64,000 nucleotides of DNA, taken from contig OZ316899.1 in assembly GCA_973895155.1 (NCBI GenBank), positions 1,883,573 through 1,947,572 of the forward strand, in the 5' to 3' direction. Under the pieces are notes generated by a model. That model saw only the letters and a list, made by a program, of their open reading frames with translations. It had not been told where the DNA came from and searched no databases. Of this stretch, positions 12,701 to 23,300 are shown piece by piece. Position 1 is the first letter of the stretch; every line of letters begins with the position of its first letter. Source of the stretch: Marsupella aquatica (taxonomy: Eukaryota > Plantae > Marchantiophyta). The position numbers and the translations under genes are program-made.

Positions 12701-14429
12701 CGACCTAAGGGAGAAGGACGAGATGCTCGAACAGACTTACGCCAAGATGAACCAGATGGAGTCTGTCATCATTGCAGAGCTCGACAAGGAGCTAAGAGCA
12801 ACCCAGGAGGAGAAGGCTACCTTGAAGAAGGAATTGGAGGAAGCCCACAGGGAGCAGGAGGAGGCCAAAAACGAGCTGGAGGGGGCACGTAAGGACCTGG
12901 ATGAAACCCAAGAGGAGTTGGAGGAAATCACGAGGAAGATGGAGAACCTACAGCGGCGGGCCGACAACCAAACAGAGCGGCTGAAGAAACAAGCCGCAGT
13001 ATTTAAATGCTTAGCTGCAGCAGGTCCATCTCCTGTTGGGACAAACCAGTTACCAGGGGTGGTAATTGCCGAAGGACAAGCCGCGCCACCTGCACCAGTG
13101 CCGGAGGTAAGTGGGAAGGGGAAGGGACCAGCTGCCGAGCCACCAACGAAGAAGAAGCGGAAACCTTCAGGGTCAAGGAGTAATACGACTTCACAGGCCG
13201 TGGTGATCAAGGAGGTAGACCCGGCACCGACCCCAGACAGGGTCACAGCTAAGGATCCAACTACCCTAGGGGAAGGGGAGGCCGAAGCCGAGGGAGTGGC
13301 TGAAGCCGAAGCCGTGGGGGTGGCTGAAGCCGAAGCCGTGGGTATTGCCGAGGCCGGTGTCGAGGCTGAAGCCGAAGGTGGACCCAGTCAGGCCGAGGGA
13401 GAGTTGACTCGGTCAAGGGCAGGTAATCTGTCAGTAGGCGGGCCAACGGCAGTGGCTGAGGAGGAAGTGTTGGGGGCGTCCATTGAGGATCCACCACCGG
13501 TGTCGTGACGGTGCAAGGGCGCCGTTCCTTTTAGGGAGGGCGGACGTGGAGGGAGGAGGCGTGAGTGGGCAGGGCGGGCACGGATCTCCACGTTTAGGAT
13601 TAGGATCAGAACCAGGAGCGGCCCTGACACTTAGCTTAGTGGGATTGCGGTCCCACTGGTAGGAGCAACACTTGTGCTCCTGCCTTGCTGTACATAGGTA
13701 GATTCGGGCAAGTAGATTACTGTTAAGTAGATTAGGCTTACGATGCAAAGAATGGCGGATCCACTACCAGGATAAGTACCTGGGCAGCGGGGAGCTCAGG
13801 GCCTCTTCTTTAGCAAGTTTTTAGTTTGCACCAGCCGGGCTGGGATCAAGTAGTACGAGAAGCTCTCGGTTAGTCATACAGTGACCCTTGTGTATATTCA
13901 TGTTTCCTCATGCCTAAGAGCTGAATAGAGTTGGCCTCACGGCTTAGTTCGCAGAACTTGTGTATGAGATGTACTGTTTGTATGGCAAGTGCATGGTATG
14001 ACTCAGTCAGAATGAGTCATTTTGCTATTTGTGTGTCGCATTAACTTGTGTGAAGAGTGCCCACATCAACAGAAAGAAGGAAAGTAAGCAGGGGAGTGAG
14101 AGTTGGATGTGTCGAGCTGAGAGAGGTCTTAGCGGCTTAACCAAGCCTATTGGGGATCATTCCGGCGGCGGAATCCAAACATACCTAACAAGACGGAGGG
14201 GAAGACAGGGGAAGACAGGGGAAGGCCTATATTAGGCCGGCTACGTATCTCATGACCCGATGAAGGATCTGTCCAGTATATGTGTGTAAAATGTTAATAG
14301 TAGTAGTAGAAGGTTAGCAGCGTCCCATGCCGCTAAGCCGCGGAAACGGCCTCGCCAAGCGCGAAACCTGCGGGAATCGGCTTGAGCTGGGGGGTTTCTT
14401 GGGTTTAGGGAGCCATGGGACGCACCACA
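9773..14429 (+). mobile_element. 4657-bp solo-LTR-like insertion
   Basis: Termini TGTGATGC...GCACCACA (inverted TGTGRTGC). Perfect 5-bp TSD GAGCC at 9768-9772 and 14430-14434. The host sequence rejoins collinearly with 150-190 of copy 1. No internal direct repeat, RT or integrase was seen. Confidence 0.85.
9849..13508 (+). CDS. Large LTR-borne protein: env-like/Transposase_32-like domain, acidic/Pro-rich linker, long coiled coil and AEAVGV repeats
   Basis: Uninterrupted 1219-codon ORF (true start probably an internal ATG). Segment GLEAFVRLPW...LLEFVGSW...IYGKDFYLTPKVIAEVFGLP...NGFFRNTC aligns by eye with the ORFs at 48-992 and 49932-50741. About 12200-13000 is E/K/L/Q-rich heptad sequence. 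Confidence 0.75.
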   Translation: MTKQGKYKQLGATMEPGQRPEVRLRVKTRLGLGRVKRRRLGRINGKKDRQRRGVRSACRRWWLICEHELGRRLREANYCQLLRQALGERVDTDDQPKEGMSNINQAAHFWGCLFERATEYIKTYEDEESERAARERQELARLWELQKTAFLGGELIKDEFLWTPTSNQLDDLLFCKDSVVGIREAIKNCNDIHWELKGSTERWTQATVLGETSTAAEMKRKGAVNDEATPAKRTRSTAPKKPVEQQSRRQGEAEEEEVDPIKAIPTRDDTWKGWAATLPVEVQLHFAREEDACFTAMQTKKYQGFMAGSGLEAFVRLPWLKPEVPESDLLEFVGSWEPETNCTRIYGKDFYLTPKVIAEVFGLPMGNKTKVDTRKTLPDKEFRSFPGPSTKNGFFRNTCTNPHIGEMIDFLRVTMHCNLPRAEIGKAQVYLAERPDPSRDYNGYLLNQLKKILKEEQQVIGMGSVSRLGYHMPLLCRYARGQTFAPVLPLQVRAPEEAPTPRPLAEKPQPPVSPTIEQVFRPRKEDLPMQQPGMQSLLKLLEKEKKSASATTTATATMQDTTTEVGLHRLTRENPFAGDERIRPESKPGVRMYVGTSSSESEAELPEAPTEEEEREKPEIQEVEEAVEDCSHDNSGYGSDHHVPGVRTCGRFVPTLPRVVRGDPNQQSSPESPPPDVAPPSFDGIKQTVQEFQERIKQEEEAALAKEKDLPGGDWPEDIRRLAEKGSKPLATIEEIRRTAWEQRPRWAMPITSTYSTYAKNRAMEYGEMCGELALGIFGEELEVGPFFHREQLEKHQLEEAVALERSKKDEVIRRLRRMEAEIEDLRAAKKAQDELRIKRHELNIMRGQLDAAQADNQNIKDKLTQTQEELADTIKEREKWKQELKNTEEAHITANSRAMAETQRKEWALKGELEKIRGALEQKEVELGKSYQGIMALQQELASLTASFKADLREKDEMLEQTYAKMNQMESVIIAELDKELRATQEEKATLKKELEEAHREQEEAKNELEGARKDLDETQEELEEITRKMENLQRRADNQTERLKKQAAVFKCLAAAGPSPVGTNQLPGVVIAEGQAAPPAPVPEVSGKGKGPAAEPPTKKKRKPSGSRSNTTSQAVVIKEVDPAPTPDRVTAKDPTTLGEGEAEAEGVAEAEAVGVAEAEAVGIAEAGVEAEAEGGPSQAEGELTRSRAGNLSVGGPTAVAEEEVLGASIEDPPPVS

Positions 14430-15237
14430 GAGCCGCTACTCGGGTCCGGGCTTGGGGAGGGGGGATGTAGTGCCAGCTCCTTGGGTGCTTTCTCCTCTGG
14501 GCCGCCTGAGCAGGGGTAAGGTATCATCTTCGTCATCGCTGAGGTCCACAGCGTTGATGACGGAGCGTACTTGTACTGGCGAGGCAACCGGCAGTGGGGA
14601 TCGGCTAGGTTGAGGCTAAGACTGAGCCTGAGCCTAGACTGGTGCGAGAACGGGTATGGCTGGGCTAGCACTGGTGGTCAATGGTGTAGTTGCCATGAAA
14701 TTCTGTAGGTGCCGGTAGAGATTTTCTGATGCAAGTGTAGACACCCTTGTAGATCGGGTAGCGTTGGACTCGCTGTTGATGATGTCCCAGACCTGAGTGG
14801 GGATGTGGTCAAAGTGGTGCCGCTGTAAGTCGATTGTGCCCGGGATATTAAAGACCTCGTTTGGGAGCCAAAGCAATGCCTCCCAGAAGCCGATATATTT
14901 GTCCCCGTTGAAGAAGTACCCTGATATTTCTTCGGGTTGGTAAAGCTCGCTCTGGGACGGGTAATCAAAGTTAAGGAGATAGTGATGGCGGCCTGCTAGG
15001 CGGATGGCTCTCTCATACTCGCGTTTGATCTCGTATCGTCACGGGTTGGCGTGTTTCAACAAGTCGGTCAAGTGCCCTCCGATAGATAGGAACTGCGTCC
15101 AGAATCGTATGGCCAAACTGGAAAGGATCGTGTGCGACATTCAGAGGAGATGGAAGGTGACTAAAGATAAGCGAGAGAACTAGGGTCGAAGCTGGCGTGT
15201 GGACTGAAGAACTGGTGCACTACAAAGGATCGGCCCT

Positions 15238-15246
15238 CTTTTTATA
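15238..15246 (-). promoter_or_regulatory. Candidate TATA box upstream of the LTR-like ORF
   Basis: Minus strand reads TATAAAAAG, about 100 bp upstream of ATG 15140. Confidence 0.4.
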
Positions 15247-15612
15247 TCTTGAGAGCTCGTCGATCGCCCGTCGCCTCCTCATCGGTTATAGGCCGAGCCT
15301 TTCATGGTTGCAGTGTACCGGCCACTCCGCCAGTCCGGGTCAGCGCGTGTGAGTGGCCGCCTCCCGAAGTTTGTTATACGGACCCGAGGAGGAAAGGGGA
15401 GGGCCCATTACACGCTTGCAACCCGGGCGTGCGAATGGCGACCCGCCGCCAGCCCAAACACAAACGCCCCTTATTGACTAATGATTTCCTACTCATAATG
15501 GCTACCTAAATACTATCGTTATGCTAATAATTACGGTCTAAGATACCTCCACTGCGCGTGCTAAGCGTGGTTAGGCCAAATCATTTATTAGCCATCGTAC
15601 CGGCAATGTCAC

Positions 15613-16570
15613 AAAAAGCCTGCCAAGCACCAGTAATCCCCTTCGTGGTACTGATCAACCGCCTCATGCAAGTGTATGCCTTCCGCAAATTCTCACCCTC
15701 CATCCTACTGAACATCTGGACGCTCAACAACTTGTCCACCCGGACATCCTCGTAATTCTTCTTCAACACCTTGAAGAACTCCACCATCAGGTTGAACCTG
15801 GGGATGGGCAATGTGGTGCTAGAGCTGCTAGCACCCTCTTCCTCTTCTAGGGACACGTCTTCACTTGTGAGTGAGACATAGTCTGGAGACCACTTGCGTC
15901 TCCAAGACTCAATGTGCTCAACATGCGTCGTCCTTGGGGGGTTAACTAAGTGTATGTTTTGGGGTACCACGTGCGATCCTAGCCTAATATAAATAGACCT
16001 ATTTTATAAAGAAAATATTCCAAGAATATTCTCTATTTTCAATATTAATAACCTATTTTACTTTATAAAGGGTATATATTAAAGAATATTCTATAAATAT
16101 GAGTTTATAATACCTTCTTTTGCCTCTTACGCTTTTTAAAAATTTAGTTAAAATCTGCCAAAAATACCTATTTTGGATCGCACGTGGTTCCTAAGATTTT
16201 TGATAGTCAACCCCCCGAGGTGTCGTCTAGAACTCCTCATAGTCATGCATTGGCGGCCCCTTCAAGTGTTGGAACAACACTCACCACGCCATGAAAGGGG
16301 AGAATGATGTGCTATGCAACTTCTGTTGATCACACCACTGCTCAAACTCCATGATAAAATGGGGCAACTCCATGGTACCAACATCTCCTGAAAATGTCTG
16401 AATTAATCTAGCTATATATTGAATGCTCCATGTCCCAATTGTAGGGACTAATACGAGAATGTAGTGACAACTAGGACAACAATCATGTTGCCTCCTCCAC
16501 TGCAGGGTCTGTGCGCGCCAATGCTGCACCCAGATGGCACAATGTCCTCTTTTGCTTCCTCTAGGCAAAA
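15613..16570 (-). pseudogene. Degenerate gag fragment related to the gag of the DNMT-bearing Gypsy at 55655-58669
   Basis: MELPHFIMEFEQWCDQQKL...FSPFMAW matches IDLDDFIQEFDTWCDMQTL...FTPFMAW. FNLMVEFFKVLKKNYEDVRVDKL...GENLRKAYTCMRRLISTTKGIT matches FNPVVEFFEVLKQNFQGVRTDKL...GESLREAYTRMRRLITVTKGVT. Confidence 0.85.
15932..16220. mobile_element. About 290-bp MITE inserted in the degenerate gag
   Basis: Imperfect terminal inverted repeats CCTYGGGGGGTTRACTA...GGWACCACGTGCGATCC at both ends around an AT-rich core. The flanks CGTCGT and TGTCGT are only an imperfect TSD. Confidence 0.75.
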
Positions 16571-18438
16571 CCTAGCACCACTTTTGGTCACTCTAGTCTC
16601 TAGTGTGTCTCACCAACAAGTTCTAGACTCACCCTTGCTGCAAACCGATCACTTGGCACAATTGTGACCAATCCAAACAACAAGGGTACCATAAAAATGG
16701 CCAAAAATCAACGTTCTCGGATTTACAATTGGAAAAGTGATCTGAATAGCCAACAAGCTACTGCATGTAGTCATGTAGTCAGTGTGTCGAGTTGTGTCCC
16801 AAAAACCAAGATATGGCCACTCAACCGTCGGAAGGGTCACAATGGTGCCAAACAAAGTGCAAAAACAAGCCCTCGGGTTTTTTTGCTATAACTGGCACAG
16901 AGGGAGCTTCCAAGAAGCTTCCCCATAGCAACAATTGTGCAGCAACAACCCAAATTAACAGATACGGTGAAAATATAGTGAAATTATGGTAAATGGTGTA
17001 CGAATACAGATCAATGAGTCAAGACACGGTTAAATACGGCAAAAATGCCACCCGGAAAGCCTTGGGGGTCCTCACACTCAAAAGTAGGGACACTTGGCGG
17101 CCTCCAATTGGCTCTAGGGAGTGGGAGTCTCTTTGCCTCCTTTGTATTGATGGTCGGCCCCTCGCCTCCCCCTGACTTGCTCCTGCCCTCTTGGAGGGCC
17201 TCCTGCCACCTCGGGCTGGGCATTAAATGCTCCCAAGAGGAGGGAGCCTTGAACTCCTCCTTTGCCTCTCCTTAATAGCACCTCATAGGGCTTTGAGCCC
17301 CCCTCCTTTAATGCTTGCCTCGGGCCTCCCCCCTCCTCAATGTGCAAGAAGGGGCCTCCTAGCTCCTTGAGAGACCAACGCCCCTACCTCATAGAATTCC
17401 CTCGGCCCTCCTGCCTCAACTTGCTTGGGTGCCTCGGGGCTCAATGCCCCCTTGGAGGCTTCTAAATTGTGATTTTGGCAATTGCTAAAAGGCCCAAGAA
17501 GACAAAGGGCACGAAGAGCTAACAAGAGCGAGAGGGCATAAAAAGATAAAATTAACACACCTGTTATAACCAATGGTTTAGATTAGCATCTATAGTTTAG
17601 GGAAGAGATAGTTACCATAACTACCACCATATGTATATACCTCTTGGACCTCTAATGGATAGTAGGATTCTTGCCGGTGCATTGGTGTATTATTCCATCT
17701 CAAGGCTTCCTACATTATAACACGTTATCAACACATAGCTCTCCACAAGCAATTTTCTTTGGGAGAAAGGTCAGATTTACATTGAATGCTTATAGATTCT
17801 GACTCGCTTATAATTCTCACCATGATTTTGAATTGAAATGAAAACCACACAATAGGAGATACTTAATTGAAGGATTTGAGAAATTCATTGATAGAACAAT
17901 TGAAGGATTAAAGAAATATGACAGTTAAGGATTTGAGGCATCAAAACTCAGGAGCACTTATTATTTTCTCATTTGGGATGGAATTCATTTGAGGAATTCC
18001 GAATGTGATGTTTTGCATTCTAGGGATCATCTGGACTAGTCGACAAAGACTGTAGGTAATTTGTGATGTTTTGGATAGAACGCTTGGGTTGTCCACATTC
18101 ACTAGAGAGCCGGCTGATCAGAAGTGCAATGACAAAGAAGTAGTTACTTACGCTCATATTTGCAGATCATTGGAGAGAGGAGAAAGAGCATAATTGAATA
18201 GATTTCAAATCAAATCTAGAAGATTTAATATGCTACAAAAGAAATGCAAAGTAGATAGAAGTCAGGGTTTCTTTCGTAGTACTAATGGTGTTCAGGTGGA
18301 GTAGATAGATGTTAGGACAAAATTGCAACTAAGAACTGAAAGGATATCCGATGTGGGGCGGTACCTTAATCTATCCCCAACTGTAAATCAATGAAGCCCA
18401 GAGACTGAAAAGCGTACAGAAGGGGGATCTCTCCGTGA

Positions 18439-18536
18439 CAGCAAACAGCAAACAGCAAACAGTAAACAGCAAACAGCAAACAACAAACAGTAAACAGCAA
18501 ACAACAAATAGTAAACAGCAAACAGCAAACAGCAAA
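18439..18536 (+). repeat. 7-bp tandem repeat (CAGCAAA/CAGTAAA/CAACAAA), about 14 units
   Basis: Directly visible. It produces the low-complexity ORFs 18435-18698 and 18366-18665. Confidence 0.95.
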
Positions 18537-19237
18537 ACTCATACCAGCAAATGTGCACCCAAAAAAGACACCAAAGGGTATGAAAATATTGTCACATATA
18601 TTGGACGTGAAGCGGCCATTGAGTACATTTATACTAGCGCCGGGCACTATAAGGAAAACAACCAAATAAAAACCTCTTTGAACTACCGGCTACAGTAATA
18701 GCGTCGGGCGCTACTCCAATCCGACACGTCACGGCGTTCTTATTGAGTGTCATCGTTCTCCATAAACGGGTAAATAAAACAAGGAAAACTAAAGACCAGA
18801 TCCACAACCACCACTCGACTCTGAGCCCGATTCAGAACCGCTACTTTATGATCTATCAGTGGACTCTGCTTCGTCGTCCACATACTTGGATTTTGCAATA
18901 TCATCTACGAAGTGATTCTGCACAAACTGTCTATCTGAGCCTCTCCTGAGTCTAAGACCCTTACTCTCCCAAGTAAGCGTCCTGACTGAATCTGCCCGTC
19001 GTGCCGCCTTTTCAGCATAAGAGGGGAGAACAAATGGCTTCTCCGGGGTCTGTACAACGTTCCTAGAGACGTTCCTTCGAAGTTGAAAACGCCTCCGAAG
19101 ATTCCACTCTGACCTGAGAATTTTGAACTGGAGTTCTTTAGTCGAAGTCGGGAAATCGGGCAAATTTTCTAGACAAAAGGGAGTAGAGGAGTTTTTTGGA
19201 AAAAAGTATACAATGAGAGAAAGAAAGCTAAAGAAAA

Positions 19238-20334
19238 TTACTCTTCTGACTCTTCACTGTCCTCATCTCCAGATCCAAGGTCCACCACATTCTTCGACAC
19301 CTCATCATCTTTAGATTGCTGAGAAGCATTTCCACCCTCATTCTCGTCTTCCGAATCAAAATTTAGAATAGCACGGAGCCTGTCCTGCTTCTTACTTCCA
19401 GGAATCTTCTTAGGAGGAGTTGGTGCAACCACTTCTTTGTTCTGTAAAAGATCGAGGAAGACCTTACCGGAAGTATCAACAAACTCTGGCCGATTTTCCA
19501 GCCCAACAACAAAGCGACCAGAATAATCTCCAGCCACAAACGTACTACCGGAACCTACTGTCCAGTCCATAACGATATCTCCAGGAAGAGTCACCAATTC
19601 CAAAATAGTTTGCATGAAACCCACAGGCAATCGTGAATTTCCTGCAAATTGGAGCTCAGGAGTCGGGTCATGTCGCGGCAACAAAAACCCAATAATGTTA
19701 GTGACGGAAGGGTCTTCTTCATTCGATAGTGGCCGGAACTTGGGGTCTTTCGGGACCCTTCCCTTTGTCGAAATGCGGCAAAATATATTAAGAGTAAGTG
19801 TGAATATCTGCAACACAGTTTCCCAATGAAGGCAGTATAAGAAAACAGACACATATATTAGCGCTTGGCGCTAGTCAACCATTCATCCTTACAAAAGATA
19901 AGTGAATTGTAGATATTGCGAATGCTGATAGTAGCGTCGGGCGCTAGTATGTGCAAGAGGAATTGTTACCTGAGTATCAGATCGGGGCCTATACATTGGT
20001 GTAGTCATGACCACATGGTGGGTTGAAATACACTGGAAACACTTAGAATCCTGGCAAGCCGCAATCACTTCAGATACCTGATCATAGTCTCCTCTGTGTA
20101 AAATTGCAAGTAGGCCATCGTCTGCAAGGAACGGCTCCATGGCTCGGAAGAAAGAGCTGGGAATAGTGTAATCCTGAAGGTTCCACTTGGGAACCTTCCG
20201 ATCAAGAAGTGTTGGTTTTAATCCAGTGGGAATGTAGATGAAACCAGCATCCACACCAAAGCCCCTCTCTTTTTCGCCACGCATTACTCCCTTCTCTCTG
20301 TCTCCTGACTTTACCAATTCCTTTCCCCAGGCCT
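19238..20334 (-). pseudogene. C-terminal exons of the ParB-MTase fusion: beta-class N4-cytosine/N6-adenine DNA methyltransferase-like domain
   Basis: RLPVGFMQTILELVTLPGDIVMDWTVGSGSTFVAGDYSGRFVVGLENRPEF fits the N6_N4_Mtase motif X-I-II pattern (kP..l...l...t.pGD.VlDpf.GSGt......gR..iG.E). Upstream VDAGFIYIPTGL...FLADDGLLAIL sits where motifs IV and VI are expected. Intron 19969-19808 (GT..AG, phase 0) joins the exons in frame. Confidence 0.75.
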
Positions 20335-23300
20335 CACTAGTAGAAACCGGGGTAATTTAGACCATACCTTATAGGACTAAGCCCACTAAGTCCTTCTTCC
20401 ATACTTTAAATGACTCGCACCCATTGCCAAGGTTTTGTTAAAGACTATAAAAGACTTTGAGTGTTTTCCGGTTTAGTTAAAGACTATGAAAAGTAACCTT
20501 GCTACTTTGTGAAGGGTGAACACTCTAGGACATCATGGGTTTTGTTCTTGGAATCACTCTAAAGGTCCACACAAAGACTAGTATAATACAAAGTCTTACA
20601 AGGGTTCATGATAAGAGTATACTTAAGAAGGACCGGGCGACATCCTACTTTTGGGCCTAAGTGCTTAAGGACATGCCTTGTATATATGACCAACCTTAAC
20701 TAACATTGCACCGTAAATATCCATGTAACGGGTACTTTTCATAACTTAGGGTACAACTGTACTGGAGGGCTTAGGGTGGTTTCTAACCGGAACCGGAACT
20801 AATGCATCACTATAACCCTAGCTAGGTACAACTCCCACACCATGATATATTCCGCATTGCCAACTAGTGTCGTTTTAACAAGGTCATGGGCACTAATTGG
20901 CACAATGAACAGTCTAGCCCGTGATTGATTTGAGTCTAAATGATGGTGCCTTTTGATCCAAGATTAATTCCACAAGGGGGGGGGGGGAGGGTTAGGGTGG
21001 GGCCCACAACTAATTAAGTGGCCATGACTTTGTCACCAAAGGGATTTATTTAAAGTTATCCTTAACCCTCTAACTTTAGTTTTGTGTGTTGCCTAACACT
21101 CTGGCGCAAACGTACTTATTATGCTCAACGGGTCACCTCAACGGAAACGAGCTTACATGACTGCTTGCACTAAGTCTTGGGTTAGGGTGAGTGTGCTTTG
21201 GTCATCAGGTGATTATTGGGTTTTTGTGAAGGGAACTATTGAGTACCTGCGCCCATGTGTTCGGGCCCCATTGTGCGACAGAACGTTGTGCTTTGCTTCT
21301 GTGAGTGGAGCATACGAGCAAGGTTTAGGGTTAACATTTTGCGAGGGAAGCTGGGAGGCGATTGTAGTCAATTGTTGCCGTCCACTCCTGCGAGCGCTTT
21401 TGACAGTTCTACCTGCCCCTTACAATTGTTTGGACAAAGGAGTTCAGCAAGTGGTTTGCGCTGGTTTGGGACCTTGACAGTCGTGAGGTGGTAAGGACAT
21501 TGAGGCATCCCTGAGAAGCGCTTGATGGTAAGGACATTGAGGCGTTGCAGACATTGAGGCGTTGCGGACATTGCAGAGAGGCTCATGAGGCCAGTGACAG
21601 CTTTTGGCACGAAGGCAAGCGGAGATTTGTCTCCTGCCTGAGAGCTGACAGCTTTGGATTGAGACAACGTGGGCGCACCAAGATTCACAGAAGACTGACT
21701 AGTTGGGACCGACCGGTCTTGGGATGTTGCAGCCGTGGAGGGACCGGGAGCGCTAAGGTACATTGCAGCTACGAGCAGCAATGCACCTGCCATAGTGACA
21801 TTGAACTGCCCTGAATCACCCTGGTTAGTCCAAACTTCCATTTGCAGGTTAGTTTTGGTAGTGGCTTTGGTTTTCTAGGCGGAATGAGCTCCGATGCCAT
21901 GCATTAAGAATGTGGGAAATGCTATTTTGTAGCTTGCTACCTCATAGTGCTAATTTCAACTTCAGGTTTGTGTGGTTTTGGGCGATAAGCTTGTGGCTCA
22001 TTCGGACTGAGTGACCTTCCTGTGGGCCCTGCCCTAAGTGTTCACACTTCTCGCTGTCCCAAACTGCGAAAGGCTTCTCCCCGTTCTGTATCCCTGCTTC
22101 AGTAATTGTATTGAGGTCTTTCAATCAGTCTCATAGGGGAGGTCATTGTCTTCTCTGTAAGTTGTTGCTCCTATCGTACTACCAAGCTTGTTGAAGGGAG
22201 CTACCATCGCGAGCTGCTACCATTGCGAGCTACTACCATCGCGAGTTGTTGAGGAGAGGGCCAGTTGTTTGCGAAAGGATTTCCAGATTGTGTCGGAGGT
22301 CCAGATTTCTTGCCTGTGGGTCCCCATGTTTGCAGTTTTTTTCCCGGCTTCTTGCGCAGTGCTCCGACGTAGTACCCATGATGCTAGTCTGAACGGATTC
22401 ATGAGCTGTGACTGATTTGCTGTTCAAACGGTGTCTTCAGCTGGAGCTACAATTAGTGTCTGCGGAGCTGCCAACCAGGTGCAGGTGTGATTGAGGTCAG
22501 TTCAACTGTTGGGTTCCCGAATGTTCTGTTGCCATCATTTGTAACCACGAGCAATGGACTTCAGAGGCGGGATTTTCTAGGGATTTCTGCTAAACCCTTT
22601 GCTGGCTTTCTACTTTGAGGTCAACTTGCTGCTACCACAAGGTGGGGACTAGGGGCTGGACGCGGGAGCGAGTTCACAAGTGCAACATTGGCCTTCCACT
22701 TTCAGCCATATTTTTTGTAACAGAGCAGGCGGCGATTGCACCAAACCGTGTAGCTGGAGGTGCCCCTATCCAGCTGAAGGAGCGTCAAGCACTGTAAGGC
22801 AAGAGTTTCTCCTGCACTTGAACCGAAAACTTTCCCATGTCACCTTCAATCAGTTTTCCTCTGCACCTTGGCTTGATCAGCTGAAAAAACGTGTCACATT
22901 GAGCATGGAATCTATCGCCTTTCAGCCTTTGTGCTTTTCCGGACATCCTCATAGCAAGTTGGTCGCGCTACTAGAAGTACTACCACTTTTACTATACCTC
23001 CAATCTTAGTGCCTTTTACGGAATGCTTTCTCATTCTTCTACTTGACATGGCATCATCCTGATTGCTCGTCGTGCTATGACCAGCAATGGAAAGCGTAGA
23101 TGAGTCGCATTCAGATTCAGATTCTAATCCATACATTTTGTCTAAGGCTCTCACCACACCACGCCTGCCTGCCTAATTCTCCAGCCGATTGCATAGGGAG
23201 TAATCGCGAGTACAGCTCTCCAACAATTGCTCTTCTTTGTTGCTACTCTGGCTTTGCTGCTACATTGGTTGTTGATCTTCACCCACCCACTTGCCTACTC

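Larger units (their letters stand above)
7531..15611 (-). mobile_element. Second, longer copy of the LTR-like family at 1-2360, interrupted by the 9773-14429 insertion; boundaries tentative
   Basis: Inverted homology to 1-2360. Removing 9773-14434 rejoins one ancestral ORF from ATG 15140 (MSHTILSSL...) to 7819, about 885 codons with several stops and frameshifts. Candidate termini are TGACA (7531) and TGTCA (15611), but there is no matching TSD. Confidence 0.6.

Noticed and set aside
10349-13748. Numerous minus-strand ORFs opposite the 1219-codon ORF, and similar antisense ORFs opposite gag/pol and the transposases
   Set aside because: They are shadow frames of GC-rich coding sequence with no independent motifs.
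14399-14410. Telomere-like TTTAGGG
   Set aside because: It is a single unit at an LTR end, expected by chance or as a common LTR motif.
17562-17722. Short TGTTATAA...TTATAACA-bounded segment as a mini-LTR or MITE
   Set aside because: It has only an 8-bp inverted match, no TSD and no second copy in the window.
17780-18360. Possible LINE 3' remnant
   Set aside because: Only a vague impression with many stops and no diagnostic motif.
18846-19163. Additional terminal exon of the ParB-MTase gene
   Set aside because: The most obvious GT/AG pair (19241/19169) does not keep this ORF in frame, so it was left unassigned.
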